A stretch of DNA of 63,910 nt, counting the filler, from Phoronis australis (Eukaryota > Animalia > Phoronida): the NCBI GenBank assembly GCA_002633005.1. It is 5 parts of 5 records of this genome, joined end to end, with 100 filler letters (N's around TTAATTAATTAA, not from the genome) between each part and the next. Parts side by side here need not be neighbours in the genome. Positions count along the whole stretch, not along the records: positions 1 to 26,803 come from NMRA01001325.1; 4 more parts are not named here. The stretch is one strand, 5' to 3'. A program made the translations under genes and the position numbers. Within the stretch, counting starts at the first letter, position 1, and each line of letters begins with the position of its first letter. Below, one piece after another: positions 1 through 12,884 of this stretch. The notes below the pieces were generated by a model, which did no database searches, was not told the origin of the DNA, and saw only the letters and a list, made by a program, of their open reading frames with translations.

Positions 1-1840
1 TATTGTATTCCATTCTGCTACAGGTATGCCAGATGGGAATATAATGTTGAATGTGAAAAAAGTCGTTTCTACAAACTCCTGTGAAAAATTGTCAACTCTT
101 AATTATAATGTGTAATTTATTTGCAGTTTAAAATATACATAAGCATGTAAATTAAGCATGAAGAAATTAGCAATGAACACAAAATCATATCTGCTAAAAT
201 CCCTTCTAGTTCGATGATACCCAGCGAACCGCGACAGAATAAGGATTTTGGAAAAAGGTCTTCGTTCAGCTAGACTTTAAGAACAATTAAAAAAATCGCG
301 TTTGTTATATACTGAAGTAAAGAAGAAAAACTGAGAACCCTATCAAAATAAAAATCGTGTCGGTGTCTTGCCAAATAAGAATTAAAAAGGGCCTCAGGTT
401 TCGCGTTTAAAGCAACGTGAATCTCCCTGTAATTGCATAAAATACGCAAACAGTAACGGGATTACGTCACAGCCAACAATGGCGTATGTGTAGCGGAAAT
501 TATATATGCGGGATAATTCAAGTTCACGTCGCTTTGCGAAACCTCTCTAATATAGCCTTTATTTTTAGATTAACATTCATAAACCTACTGAACGACACTC
601 TTTCCTTTGTAATCACCGGTTTAAAACACGGCAGACCTCATTAACCAAAAGATATTAAAATTTCAGACACGCATCTATTTGTGATTTTTACTATCATTGT
701 TCAAGACTTCCAAAGTTAAATATATACACAAAACGTACCGAGAGTGGCGTAGATGAATATCCCACGAGACATTATTCTGGGTGTTATCCCATACGCTCAG
801 ATTTCCTAAGTTTCTCTCATTTTTTTCCACATATTTTTAAATACTTCACTCGAGACTGTTCGCATGGCGAATCATATCCTTTATGTATGTACTTGCACGT
901 TAGGTTGCAAGTTTACTCTAGTAAAAGAAACAGTTTTAATTGTAACGATTTATTACTTGAAAAGAGATATCAAAGATGAGCAATTGGATAAAAGTACATT
1001 GCTCTGGCCAAGGCAATGAAAATTCAGATATTTTTTTATAATGTTTATTACGAAATCTTCGATACAATGAATGTACATAATCCAGAAAGCGCCAAGATGC
1101 ATTATATATGGGTTAAAAAGGTACAAAGAAATCTATATACAATTATTTTACACAAATACATAAAAAATCTATACAATTATTTTACACAAATACAGAAATT
1201 AAAAAAACGTTGTTACGATTACAATGACATGTGATTACAAAAGTAAATAAATCATTTTCATACACATTTTTACAATTCTATCCACTCACACAAAGAGATT
1301 TAATATTATAAAGAAATTTTGATACTATTTCGAATAAAACCTTATTTTCATTTGGGTTGAGTTCTTGACTTCCATATAGAAAAAAATGAATTTTGTTGTA
1401 CACTTGCGGAATTTCAGAATATTTTTATAAATATTGGGGTATTGTTCGAGTGTCTGGAAAAGCTGTATCCTCTGCTCCTTGCATACCTCACAAGCAAAGA
1501 AAACATGAGCATTTGTCTGCGCGTCTCCACCGCAACACAGAGGCGAAATATTATTAAAAATTATGTCTAAATTTCTTGTTGTTTAGAAGTAGGCCGCATC
1601 TTGATCTGTAAAGGATTATTTCGTGGTTGCGAGGAAGTTGGGACGACGTCAATGGGACTGGCAACTCTTGAGTATTAGTATGCATTTTAAAGTTATTTTT
1701 TAGAGTGACGATTGAAGTGCTTTCTTTTATTTTGGATGCTAAGGAATTGCAGTTGTCAATACAAGTTAATATGGTAGATTTCCTAAAGGCTTGGCTGAGG
1801 GAAGATGGAATAGTGTGCATATTTCTTTGCCGCAGTCCTG

Positions 1841-2241
1841 AGGCCGGTCTCTAATCTTTGTACTCGAAACGAACTCGAAACTATTTTTGGCAATTTCTCT
1901 GCTCCTTTTGTGCGAACTTAAGATAATTGGTTATCAGACTGTGCTCGAATACATTATAGTTTATGCATAGGAGTTTCTAGTTCAAGTTTGCCCTAGAAGA
2001 ACCTTATATTCGTGCTACAAACTCAGGTACAAACACGAAATTTCGAGTTCAAACTCAAACTTATTGCTTTAATATTGGGTTTACAAACTGTGAACTAAGG
2101 GCAATAAATTATCTACGTAAGTTATTGTGTACTCGAGCATAGAATAATAGACACTTATCTTGAGTTCGCCCAAAAGTAGAGTAGAAAATGACAAACCTAA
2201 TTTCGAGTTCCATTTCGAGTAAAAAGATTGGAGACCGGGCC
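1841..2241. mobile_element. PIF/Harbinger-like MITE inserted in the LINE
   Basis: About 40-bp imperfect TIRs (aggccggtctctaatctttgtactcgaaa versus reverse complement ggcccggtctccaatctttttactcgaaa). CTG duplicated at 1838-1840 and 2242-2244. Removal rejoins ORF 2081..2956 in frame with ORF 1554..1820. Confidence 0.85.
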
Positions 2242-2244
2242 CTG

Positions 2245-3568
2245 GTCTCGTGTTAGGTCTTTTGTAGGAGTCAAAGAGGATTTTGTTTGAGTAATTGTTG
2301 ATGTTGGTTAAGACTTTGAATGTATATTTGGACAGGTGGAGTTTACGACGGGTTGCTAGTTTGCTCCAGCTGAGACTGTTTAGAACCTTGATTGTGTTGG
2401 ATCCTTTGTATGCTCCTGTTATGGCTAAAGCTGCTTGGTATTGTAGTCTTTCTAATTGAAGAAGTATGCCAGCGTTTGCCGATTGGTAGATTACGTCACA
2501 GTAATCTAGATGTGGAAGTACAAAAGACTTGAACAGAGTTTCAAGATGCATGGAGTTGAGATGACGAGAGACAATTCTAATTGGATTGATTAATTTTTGT
2601 ACTTTGTGAACGAGTTTGCGACAGTGAGGAGTAAATGTAAGCTTGTGGTCTAGTAGCAATCCAAGGTGTTTGTGTGTGAACTTATTGGGAATAACTTCGC
2701 CATTGAGTGATACTTCCAGCATTGGATTTGTTTGGAATTGAGTATTATTAGACTTAGAAATTATAAGATCAACACTTTTTTCAGGTTTAAATTTCATCTT
2801 CCATTTGCAAGACCAGTCATAGAGTTTGTTTAGGCCAGTTTGCAATTGTAAGGAGTCATGGGGATTCTCTTTTGAAAATGGGTAGAAAATTGCAGTGCCA
2901 TCAGCATATAAGAATGTTTTAGACTTTATTGTGTCTGGAAGATCATTGGTGTACAATAAAAAGAGTAAGGGGCCTAGTACGCTACCCTATGGTACTCCAG
3001 CATTTACGAAACCTGGCGTTGATGAGCGTGATATGACACCCTCTATTCGGACTTTGTAAGTTTGACATTCCAGATATGATTTTAAAAGTGAGAGGAGAGT
3101 TTGGGAGAAATTGTAAGATTGTAATTTATGTAGAAGGAGATCATGGGGAACGACATCAAAAGCTGAAGTAATGTCTAAAAATACGGATCTCACGTTGTAT
3201 CCTTGCTCAAACTGGAGGTGGATTTCTGTAAGTTTGGACACAGTGCTGTTACCATGCATGAATACGAAATGGCGACGATATATGAGGTTTTGTGAAGAGA
3301 GGTGGTCAAACACGTGTTGAGAAATTGTTTTTTCTAAAATTTTGGATAAGGTGTCAAGTAGAGTTATGGGACGATAGTTGGCAACGTCTGTTTTGGAGTT
3401 CTTTTTGTGTATTGGTATCATAACGCCAAGTTTCCAGTTCAAAGGAAATTTTCCAGATTGTAGTATTTTGTTATATAATGTTGTCAAAGGAGCTGTAAGC
3501 TCTCTTGCTATTATCTTAATCATTTTATTGGTTATGGGATTTGGTACCATCGTTTTTGTTTTCGTCAA
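2245..3568 (-). pseudogene. Reverse transcriptase domain of LINE ORF2, disrupted
   Basis: RT blocks are split over two ORFs, broken at the GVPQG motif; catalytic YADD reads YADG. Confidence 0.9.
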
Positions 3569-3993
3569 TATTTTCTAGTAGTTTTCGGACTTCAGGTAGT
3601 TGGGCTTGTATGTCAGAGAGATGTTCTAATGTTCTGTTTGGGAATTTAGGAAGACTTGTTGTTGGTGCAACGTGACTCTTGGCGGTGAAGTATTCTATAA
3701 ATAACTTACTTTTTTCAGCTTTGGATGACGCCTGAGTGTTGGATTCCTGTGAGTGGATGGGGGTATGAAGATTGCTTTACCTGTCCTCGAATTTTGTTTA
3801 TTATATCCCAATATTCCTTTGAATTTTTGGAGACATTGTTGATGTTGGAGATAATTTTTATCTTATAGTCTTGTTTCGTCTTTTTAATTAGTTCTTCCAC
3901 ACTCTTGCACTGTTCTTTGTAGCACTTACAGGTACACAGGCTATTTGATTTTCTGAACGATCTGTACAGTTTGTTTCTCTTATTTGTTTCAGT

Positions 3994-4866
3994 CTAAATG
4001 TTATTGTTAAACCACGGTTTGTTCTTCTTTTTCATTGTTTTCATGGTTGATGGGATATTATTATTCAGTATGTTGTAGAGTGACTGTGTGAATGTTGAGA
4101 CTATGTCATTTATGTCACTTTTGCTCTGTATTTCAGTCCAGTTAAATGTGTCAGTGCGCAGTTTGTCCATGTTAATGAGGTTGTAATTCCAGATCTGTTT
4201 GATAACGTCTGGTTCTTTAGGTAAGCAGTTTAGTGTGAATGTTGTTTCTGTAACGTGGTGGTCCGAGTTACCAATGGGAGGCCTTACAGAAGTGGATTCA
4301 ATTAATCCGAGATTGTTTGCAATACAAAAATCAAGGCAAGAATACTCTCTTAAACGTGTCGGTTCGTTTATTAGCTGTACACAGTCATTTGAGAGGAGAA
4401 TATCGAATACGTCAAGACCAGCTTGGTTGTCATTGTCTTCTGGGTACCAAGTACTATTTCTTGCGTTGAAATCCCCGTTGATAACAACTGTTTTATTAGT
4501 TCGTGAGAGTTCTTGCAGTTGTTCTGCAAAGGTCTTGGAATATGCCTTCCTGTCATAGGACGTCTTTGAGGGTGAGCGATAGAAAAGACCATAATATACC
4601 TTGTTGTGGTTGACATAAAGTTCAATCCACCAGTTATTCATTGATTGTATGATTTCATTATCAATTGTTTTGTAATTTACGGAGTTGTGGACAAACAAGA
4701 TCAACCCCCACCCGGCGTTAGTGTGGTAGGCAATGTTGTATTCTGGAATAATAAGTGCACTGAGGTTGTCTTCGGACAGTGTTCCGGATTCACAAATGGC
4801 TATGACCATGTAATTGTTGTGTGTAATAAATTGCTTGAGAAGTTTTAATCTTGAAAGATTGTTCAC
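3994..4866 (-). pseudogene. Apurinic-like endonuclease domain of LINE ORF2
   Basis: ORF contains AICES, GLFYRSP, INGDFNAR, EPTR...CLD and GNSDH, the EEP/APE catalytic motifs. Confidence 0.9.
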
Positions 4867-5469
4867 CTTGATACTATTGATGTTAGTGAATAAGACCTTG
4901 AAGCTGGCAGATATTTCATATAATTATATTTAATTATAGAGCCACCAGCATGCACGACTTTGCACCGGATCAGATTGATATGCGATGGACAAAAGATGTA
5001 CTACTTTCCAGAGAGATATCAGTTCCTGACGTAGAACACAGTTTATAAGAATTATTTGCTGAGCAGAAAATTAATCAGATTTATGTTATGCTTTTTAAAC
5101 TGCTGCCCCAACCTCATTTGAAAGTTTTTAAGTATTATCACATTCTTAAATAAGTTTACACAAAATATTTTTAAAGAAAATGAAAATAGTCCAAAACGAC
5201 AAATGCTCATTTTGTGGACTCCTAGAAACTTTTAATCACTTGTTTTTGGAATGTGAGTATGTACTACTTTCTTTTTGGAATAAATTACAAACTTGGATTT
5301 CAAACGTCCTTGGAGATAACCTGTTACTAGACACTTTCAGAATAACATAGTTTTTTCATGCAGTCGATGTGCACATTCATGGAGGTCAATCAAACTTTGT
5401 TCGTTATTGTACAATGTATTACGCAAACAAATTGCATTTTATTCCATTAGTCAACGGTACGATCACGGA

Positions 5470-5715
5470 AACACGTATTTTGACCACTCTCAAGTGTGGT
5501 ATTTTGCTTGTCGGACAATACCAGAATAACGTACTTCCAGTAATATCCAGATTTAGCTCGTGTTTCTGACGCTAGGTGTCACTTTACATTTTCCTCCATC
5601 ACTGACACGTATATTTTAACCACTCTTGAGTGTACTGTGTTATTTTGCTTGTCAGACAATGCCAGAATAACATCCTTGTAACATTCAGATGTATTTTATG
5701 TCTGTGACACTTGGT
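5470..5715. repeat. Diverged tandem duplication, about 134-bp unit, 2 copies
   Basis: acacgtat..accactct..tattttgcttgtc(g/a)gacaat(a/g)ccagaataac occurs at about 5471 and 5605. Confidence 0.7.
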
Positions 5716-6454
5716 GTACATTTTTAAATTTCACTGTTTGCAACTCCTCTACAAAGTAGAACTTGTAATGTGAGTGTGTTATTGTTAAATAGAATGATAG
5801 TGATGAGACCTGATTACTTGCTTTACAAAAAGGGAGGAACAGCGTTGTTTTACAAATACCAGTTCACTAAGGTCTTTGGTAACTATTATGTAACTTCAGA
5901 CCCAAATTTCTCAAAAATGTGCAACTTTATACGCGGTAACTTTTTTGATTTTGAAAACACCTTAGTAAATGAATTTAAAAACACCGCAATAAAATCGCAC
6001 CCCTAAAGTACTCACACAAGGTGTTTTCTAGACGCCCTACAAAATTTGGTCTCTCACCTAGATGTTCCATTGACAGTGACCAATTCCAGCGGTGATTACA
6101 TTCCTCACGCGTTCTTAAGTTTCCAACCCCTGGTTGAAATACTTGATGGTAATCCCAAAGATAATCTTGACATTATGTAAGTAGCATGTCATGTCAGTGT
6201 TATATGTCCGGTTGCTATCACCATACCCCTGAAGTTATAACTTTAACCGATTCTTGCAGGTAGAAAATATACATCGTTTTCAGTTTGTGCACACTGCATA
6301 AAATGTGAGGAAAGGTTGTGAAACAAATAATATGGGAACCTCGTGCGGCCCTGCGAAAGAAATGTTTTTTCTTGCAGACAGCAAAAACACACTCAAAAAT
6401 AATTAAAATGGCCACTAGGTGGCTCAGAACCCACGACGTGTTTCCACCGAGTGG

Positions 6455-6730
6455 ATGACCCAGTATGTCAGCTGTGTGAACAAAAGGGGAGGCGTTCGCT
6501 CAAATCCTGTCTAGGTGTAAGATCTCGCTTCAACGAGTCCGGTTTAGATGGCGGCATGATCTAGTTTTAGAGTTCCTTGCAGATGTATTGGACAAAGGAT
6601 GACAGAAGAGATATAAACAACCACGAGCCAAGCAGCAGATACTGTTTGTGAGAACAGAGAAGCACCGAAAGGGACAGCAAGTCAGTCCTGCATCCTAGAT
6701 GGCACAAACTGGGAGTTGGGAGTCGATCTC
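6455..6730 (+). mobile_element. HERO/R2-type (restriction-like endonuclease clade) non-LTR retrotransposon C-terminal relic
   Basis: Frameshifted translation DDPVCQLCEQKG...ILSRCKISLQ...RFRWRHDLVLEFLADVL followed by NWELGVDL. This matches the zinc knuckle + RHD motif and the start of the RLE domain. Confidence 0.65.
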
Positions 6731-8544
6731 TGTACATGTGCGATTGATGTTCCCAGATTTGAAAAAGAAGGTACCATTGGAGACAAGGTACTAAGAGGTA
6801 CGATGACTACTTGGGCAGGGGAAAAACACCCGTCATCTAAAGATGACTGGCTACGTCAGCAAGCTTATTATTTTATTCTCAGGGAAAGGATCGAAGTAGA
6901 CTCTTCTATGCTTTACTCTACTGTTACACATTTTCCCCTGGACCAATGGTACAAAATCTACTCAGCATATCTTCAAAAGGAGTGGTCTCCATTTGGCAAC
7001 AAAGGAGCTTGTCCGAGCACAAAAACATCTCCAATATTTTACAATCCGAATACAAGCGAACTCGGGAATCCCTGAAAACATGCACCTGCTTTATTTTTAG
7101 TGTTCCGTTTTCAATTTTAGTACTGCAAAAGGGAGACCGGTCGTCTAATCAGCAGTAAGGAGGCACTGAACAATTCTCACAGGGATTTGCCTATCAGAAC
7201 ACACGTCAATGGACTCTTCACCCTTTCTTCACTCTGTCAAAAAATGCATGCAAATAAAGAAAAGTTTTGAGTCATTTCACATCACAAGCCCTACAGATGA
7301 GCACAGAAACTTTGTTCTCTCTTGTATTTTTGACCCTTTCACTCCCAGTGGAAACCAAGCTGAACTAAAAAAATGAGGTCAAAAAATGCAAAATCGGCAC
7401 TTTTCACCCCAAAATCACCACTTCCCTGCCGATGCTCGACTGTAAAGCCAACATTAGATTCCAAAAGAAAATTTCCTACCGATTCCAAAAATGTGGTCCA
7501 AAAGTATTGTCAACCAACTAGTTTTTTTTTTGCAAATCTGGCTTGTTTGAGGGCTACCTGAAATCGCGGCCAATTTCTTAGTTGCTACACAGCAATGCAC
7601 AACTGCAACAGGGGGCCACCATCTTGAAGAAGAGTGCAGCTACAGCCGATAAAGTGGCCTTTTTTAATTCTCAGCATGTTCACAAATACAAAGACACGTG
7701 GTAAAAGATGACGACAGTATATGCGGAAATGTCAATATTTTCTAGACAAATGTCTTATTCCCTACGACATTTTTATTAAAAATATCACTGCTGTAAAGTT
7801 GATGTCATCATTTGAGAAAAGATCTCAAAAGTTAACCAACTGATATAGATTTTAACTTAAACGTCATTTGGAAACGAAGGTAGTCTTCGAGACTTTCTTT
7901 TGGTGGAAGCGGAAACAGATGAAGGAGTCGTGGGTTTTGGAAGTGGTTTTTTAATGACAGATTTCTTTAATTCGAGATGACGAATTCTTGTGAAGGAAAC
8001 TTGAACAGAACAGAGTATGCTTATACTATATTCCATGTATGCTTTGCAACATATACAAGTGGAACGTTCCAAATGTCTGATAACGCACATCAAGGTCATC
8101 ACTCTCTTTATTTACAATTACATTCTTCACACAATCCCTGATTATGTTGACAAATAACACATCTGATCAGATAAAATTTCATCTTGAAAATGCATGCATC
8201 ATTTACGATCACACTATTCAGTCACCCATAATCAAATAGTTCATCACCGTGTCAGTTTCTCAGCCTGTGATCAATGTAGTTCTACAGCGACCCTAATGGA
8301 ATCGTGTGTACAGTGCAGGGGTATGTGATCTCCCCTGTGATATTTAACAAGGCTGTGGTATCGACTTATGTTCGCTGCTTCTCTGATTTCTACGTAATGT
8401 TACAACATAGGTCATTTCTACGTTACGGCGCAAAATTGTTGATTCTAACAGGATTCCTTTAACAACGACAAACTCGCGGGGTTTCCTGAAGAATGTGAAT
8501 CCCAGTCTAGGAAGGCACCTGCATTCATCATAAGCACGGATGCT

Positions 8545-8990
8545 AATGAGAGCGAAATTTGAAGTTTGGAATTGAACTTATCTCCCTGCAAATTATCATA
8601 CGTAATCCAACGTCAACAAAATCTCCATAGGCCTCGCTTGGCTCAGGCTAATCAGCCATGCATTCATTGCATTATAACAAACTAGTTCTCAGTTGACATC
8701 GTCTATTTGTATACGTTATGTACATTCGGATCCGCGCACGATGCTGGAAATTTTCAAGACATTTTATGCCGTGCACCTTATTATCCATGGTACATTACAA
8801 GCTCAGCATCAAAAAGCCGTAAACTATCATGTCAGGCTGTGCTCAGCTTACTTGAACAGTGTAACTAGTCTTGCTGGAGACGAATACATCAAAGGCCAAA
8901 TCATGAGAGCGAATTCTGAAATCTCATACGTAATCCAACAAAAATCGCCCATGGTTTCACTTGGCTCAGACTAATGGCCCATACATTTCA
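8545..8990. repeat. Diverged direct repeat pair (about 8545-8670 and 8903-8990)
   Basis: Shared blocks atgagagcgaa, tcatacgtaatccaac and cttggctcag(g/a)ctaat. Confidence 0.6.
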
Positions 8991-9484
8991 TAAGTGCGTC
9001 GGTTATTTGTTAAAGCGCATGAACATGACAATTAAAAAACTTACCATGAATGCTCTTCGTTATTTTTATATATTTTAGTTATTTTCGTCACAAAAACAAG
9101 GCAAAAAATGCCTTCCACATTTGCGGAAGAACACCGAAACAGCATTGATCTACTTGACTGCTGAACTCGTAACATCAATATCACTAAGATAGGTGATTTT
9201 TTTTCGTTTGTAGCCGTTCTTAACATTTTTTGTACATTTATTGCCCAGACAATATCACAAAGCCAGTCTGAGGTTGGGCGCCTCAGATCCAGCGTTTACA
9301 AAAGTATAATAACATTAAACAATAAGTATGTGCAATGAAATGTAAATGAACTGGGAAAGGGGGACGGGGGAAGGACTATAACGCGCCATTCATACACACA
9401 CTCAATCCATGCTGATAGGCTGTCTGATGAAATTATGTGCTATAAAAAGAAAAGAAAAAATTATGTAGAATATAGGTACATAAC

Positions 9485-9835
9485 TCAAACATGTATCCAT
9501 ATATACACATATATACACACATGCATATATATACATACATAGATACATGTGCATACATCTTAAACATGTATCCATATATATACATATATACACACATGCA
9601 TATATATACATACATAGATACATGTGCATGCATNTACATCTCAAACATGTATCCATATATATACATATATACACACATGCATATATATACATACATAGAT
9701 ACATGTGCATACATCTCAAACATGTATCCATATATATACATATATACACACATGCATATATATACATACATAGATACATGCGCATGCATACATACATACA
9801 CATGCATACACATACATACACATACATACATGTAT
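9485..9835. repeat. 75-bp AT/AC-rich minisatellite, about 4 copies plus a CA/TA tail
   Basis: Unit starts at 9485, 9560, 9641 (one N upstream) and 9716. Confidence 0.9.
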
Positions 9836-10008
9836 ACAATATAAAAATAAACAATATGGAAATTAATGTGTAATACATAACATCGTGTAACATTGCTTGA
9901 TACCTGAATGACAATATAAAAATAATAATAACAATGGAACTTTGATCATTTCTGCCTTTGTTGTCTGATAAATGAAGTAAAGTGCAAGTGTATTAATGGT
10001 ATTACCAA

Positions 10009-10338
10009 TTAATTGTGATTTAGATTAGGGTTTTGAACAAAATCTTTAATGTCCCAAATTGTAAACTTGTACTGAGCGTATAGGGCTTTAATTAAGAGTG
10101 CTTGCATTGATTTCCAGAATGTCCTGCCACAGGTGCAATGATAAAACATGTGAAGTAAAGTCTGTAACTCCTCACAATAGGGACACTTATCAGTTTGGAC
10201 CTCGCCTATTTTGTATAAAGTCATATTTGTAAATATTCTTCTATGGGTAAAGAGGTACCTGAAGTTCTTTAATTCAGGATTTATGGGAAGGCTAAGAGTT
10301 AAAAAGTAAATTTCATTATAATAGTTAGTTAACCGCAC
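10009..10338 (-). mobile_element. L1/Tx1-like LINE 3' fragment (zinc-binding domain downstream of RT)
   Basis: LKNFRYLFTHRRIFTN..LYKIG...KCPYCEELQTLLHMFYHC...FW matches the zf-RVT pattern. Probable 3' UTR and AATAAA extend toward about 9240. Confidence 0.75.
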
Positions 10339-10925
10339 ATTATTGTCGGGTTTCTGTGCAAAAGTATGTATAGTACAATTTTAACCCAATATTTACTACA
10401 ACTATTGTAATTAATTAAATGAAAGTTGTTACAACCAATAGATCTTGTTTCTAGCTAGCCAAGATGTTTCCTCAATGCACTAACAACCTCATTGTATGGC
10501 AATATACAAAAATTCTTGAGATTGTATTTATCATTATGCTTAACTATTTTTTTATGATAATGACATATCTGCCAATATCGTCCAAGGCTAAGTTGCTGTT
10601 ATGGTTTTTTACCGGCAAAGCTCGCACACAGGCAATCTAGAACTGATCAGTGCTGCGGTTTAGAAGCTCTCGCAGATTACGCAGTAAGACTTAACTTTTC
10701 AATGATATGTGATTGTACTAAAAACGACCAGAATCAAAAAAACTCACACGTGTTAGCCATGAAGTATAGATTTGTATGATTTTCTCTTCAAATTAAAAAA
10801 ACCTGTTGAAATTGAACCTGTACTTAAGAGTAAAAAGTATGTCCCTTCTGTTACTACTCCTAGGTTATGTAATTTATGACGTGTCAGTCAGCAAAATTTA
10901 CAAACTCAATTATGGACTTATTTAA

Positions 10926-11828
10926 ACAGTACACACCATGGATTTTTGCACATTTTGAATTACCGGTGGCCACAGACTAAATGTATGACGTAAAATTTAG
11001 CTAAACTCATGTTTATTTTGTGTAATTAGCTTGAAATTTTGATTTTTCTTTCAATTTTGCCAATTTTCCCATTTCCCGCCATGTGACGTCATGGGTTGAA
11101 CACAAGAGATCAGTGACTAGCATTGAACAATGGCAGTGAGAGCAGTGAATTTGAAAGCGACGACGATTATGAGCAAGAATTGAATGAATACTAGGAAGAA
11201 ACGTACGGGAATGGTGGCCAGGATGAGGAAATGGGGTTGCACGAAAGCGAGAACAAGTTTGATGTGCTTCCGGCTGCGTACTTTTCTACTTTGAGCCTTA
11301 CGAACTGGATCCTCCCGCGAGAGAAGCGCTCTCGGGCTCGGCGAGTCAACCCAGTCATCCAACAGACGAACTCCTTCGTTGTAACATCTCCTGTGACTGG
11401 AGTCGAAACACGAGTCCTCAAAGTGGGCAGAACACAGAGTGGCCCCGGACAGAATCGCTTGGTCCACGATGAGGTCCCACACTCTCGTTCGGGGCACCAA
11501 TCGATGCCACTTCTGCGCAACTTTGGTGTCCTTCGGAACACCGAGACGTTCTCCGCCTGGCTGCTGTTGCTGCAGCCTCCGGAAACACATCTTTTGATCC
11601 CTCTACGAACCTTCTCGGCGCCAATTGTTCTTTACTTTCACTTCACTCTTAATTGTCTCTGATCCGAACAGTATGGCGAACGACTAGGGTTCAACTCATG
11701 ACGTTGTACATAATTATTATTTTTTCAATTTTTACGTGTTTCTTTATGAGCTGTGCACTAAAGGCACTGAAATCAAGTAAGATATAATAAAATTTATTTT
11801 GAGGTACTAGAGTCATGTTGTGTACACT
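10926..11828. mobile_element. Kolobok-type non-autonomous element A (THAP relic on minus; acidic KolX-like start on plus)
   Basis: TTAA at 10922-10925 and 11829-11832. Termini acagtacacaccatg and (rc) agtgtacacaacatg match 12/15. Inner inverted repeat acgtcatg(g/a)gttgaac at 11086-11101 and 11689-11704. Confidence 0.65.
11390..11592 (-). pseudogene. THAP zinc-finger domain relic
   Basis: RCVSGGCSN, then a frameshift, then PKDTKVAQKW...LCSAHFEDSCF: the C2CH signature with conserved P, W and HF. Confidence 0.8.
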
Positions 11829-12482
11829 TTAAAAGGACACTAAATTCTTGTTTAGTTTTGTTTACGTCGCCTACTAATGCACCATTGACGTCGCACTTGG
11901 ATGATAATAGCTGGATTCAACTAAAAACTACTCTCTGTGGATTTTGTGGTTCTTGGTGGGTGGGCTTTCTCGCCTATTAAACCCCAAGACACGCTTGCCC
12001 GTTCAGCAGGGTTTAAATAGGAGTTTTCTGCAACTTTTTGAGGGCTGTTGAGAGTTACAGAGCACCTATTTGCTTCGGAAAACTGGACGGAAAAGTCGTT
12101 TTTAATATTCATTAATTTGTCATTCAACCGGTTTTGGTATACTTTTACATGAACACTTATTGTTTTGTGAGCTCATCTCACACTTTTTAAAGTGCCATGG
12201 TTTGGGTCCGTTTAGTTCCACAACTACTGATAGCGGAGTGATTAAAAAGCTTGTCATAAATGCTCTCAGTTGTTTTGTCATTGCTTCAATTTAGGTTTGG
12301 ATAAATGAAACGAACCGTGTCTTTCGGCATCTGCGGAAGAATTCCAAAGCAAGACTGACCTCTTGCAACAGTGACCGGAGGTCACGCTGAATTCGTCATA
12401 TCAAATATGGAAATCACAAATTTGGAATGCATTTTTTCTTTAAAGACACGTTCCTAAATAGTTTTGGTAATGGTCTGTTATA

Positions 12483-12558
12483 ACGTGCTCGAATTTTGAG
12501 AACCAGTTTTCTCCACTGAATAACGGGAAAGTAACTGGTTCTCAAAATACGGGCACGT
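12483..12558. repeat. Hairpin with 26-bp arms
   Basis: 12483-12508 versus reverse complement of 12533-12558: 24/26 identical. Confidence 0.8.
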
Positions 12559-12884
12559 CATATCGGAATATCCTGGCAACCGATCAGTCAATGTCTTTCA
12601 AGTAAACGGTTGTTGTGCTGTTTTGCCGCAACGAGCATCGAGAGATATCCCCAAGCGTAGTCCGGTGAGAATGCCTTTTAATGTTTTTTTGAAAATCGAC
12701 CAAGGAACAAAGCAGCAGAAAATAGGTTTGTTGTTTGCTATTTCGGTGTACTTTCTAGCATAGTGTGGATAAAGTGCTGGCATTTTCAAATTTCGAATTG
12801 AAAGTGATCGCCAAATATCTTGATCATCAAGTGTCCACTTTGATTGTGGATTGGTGGATTGACATGCACATTACATGTACATGA

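Larger units (their letters stand above)
1300..4900 (-). mobile_element. Degenerate APE+RT non-LTR retrotransposon (CR1/L2/RTEX-type LINE ORF2) with frameshifts and a MITE insertion
   Basis: Endonuclease motifs in 3994..4866 (ICES, YRSP, GDFNA, SCLD, SDH). RT motifs in 2987..3568 and 2245..2956 (PIHKK, NYRPITLL, FLDITSAFD, GVP, YADG for YADD, HKHLG, PHLDYCDVIY). C-terminal Cys/His remnant near 1490-1550. Boundaries approximate. Confidence 0.92.

Noticed and set aside
9402-9914. Four overlapping ORFs rich in Y/M/C/H/I
   Set aside because: Translations of the stop-free 75-bp AT/AC minisatellite.
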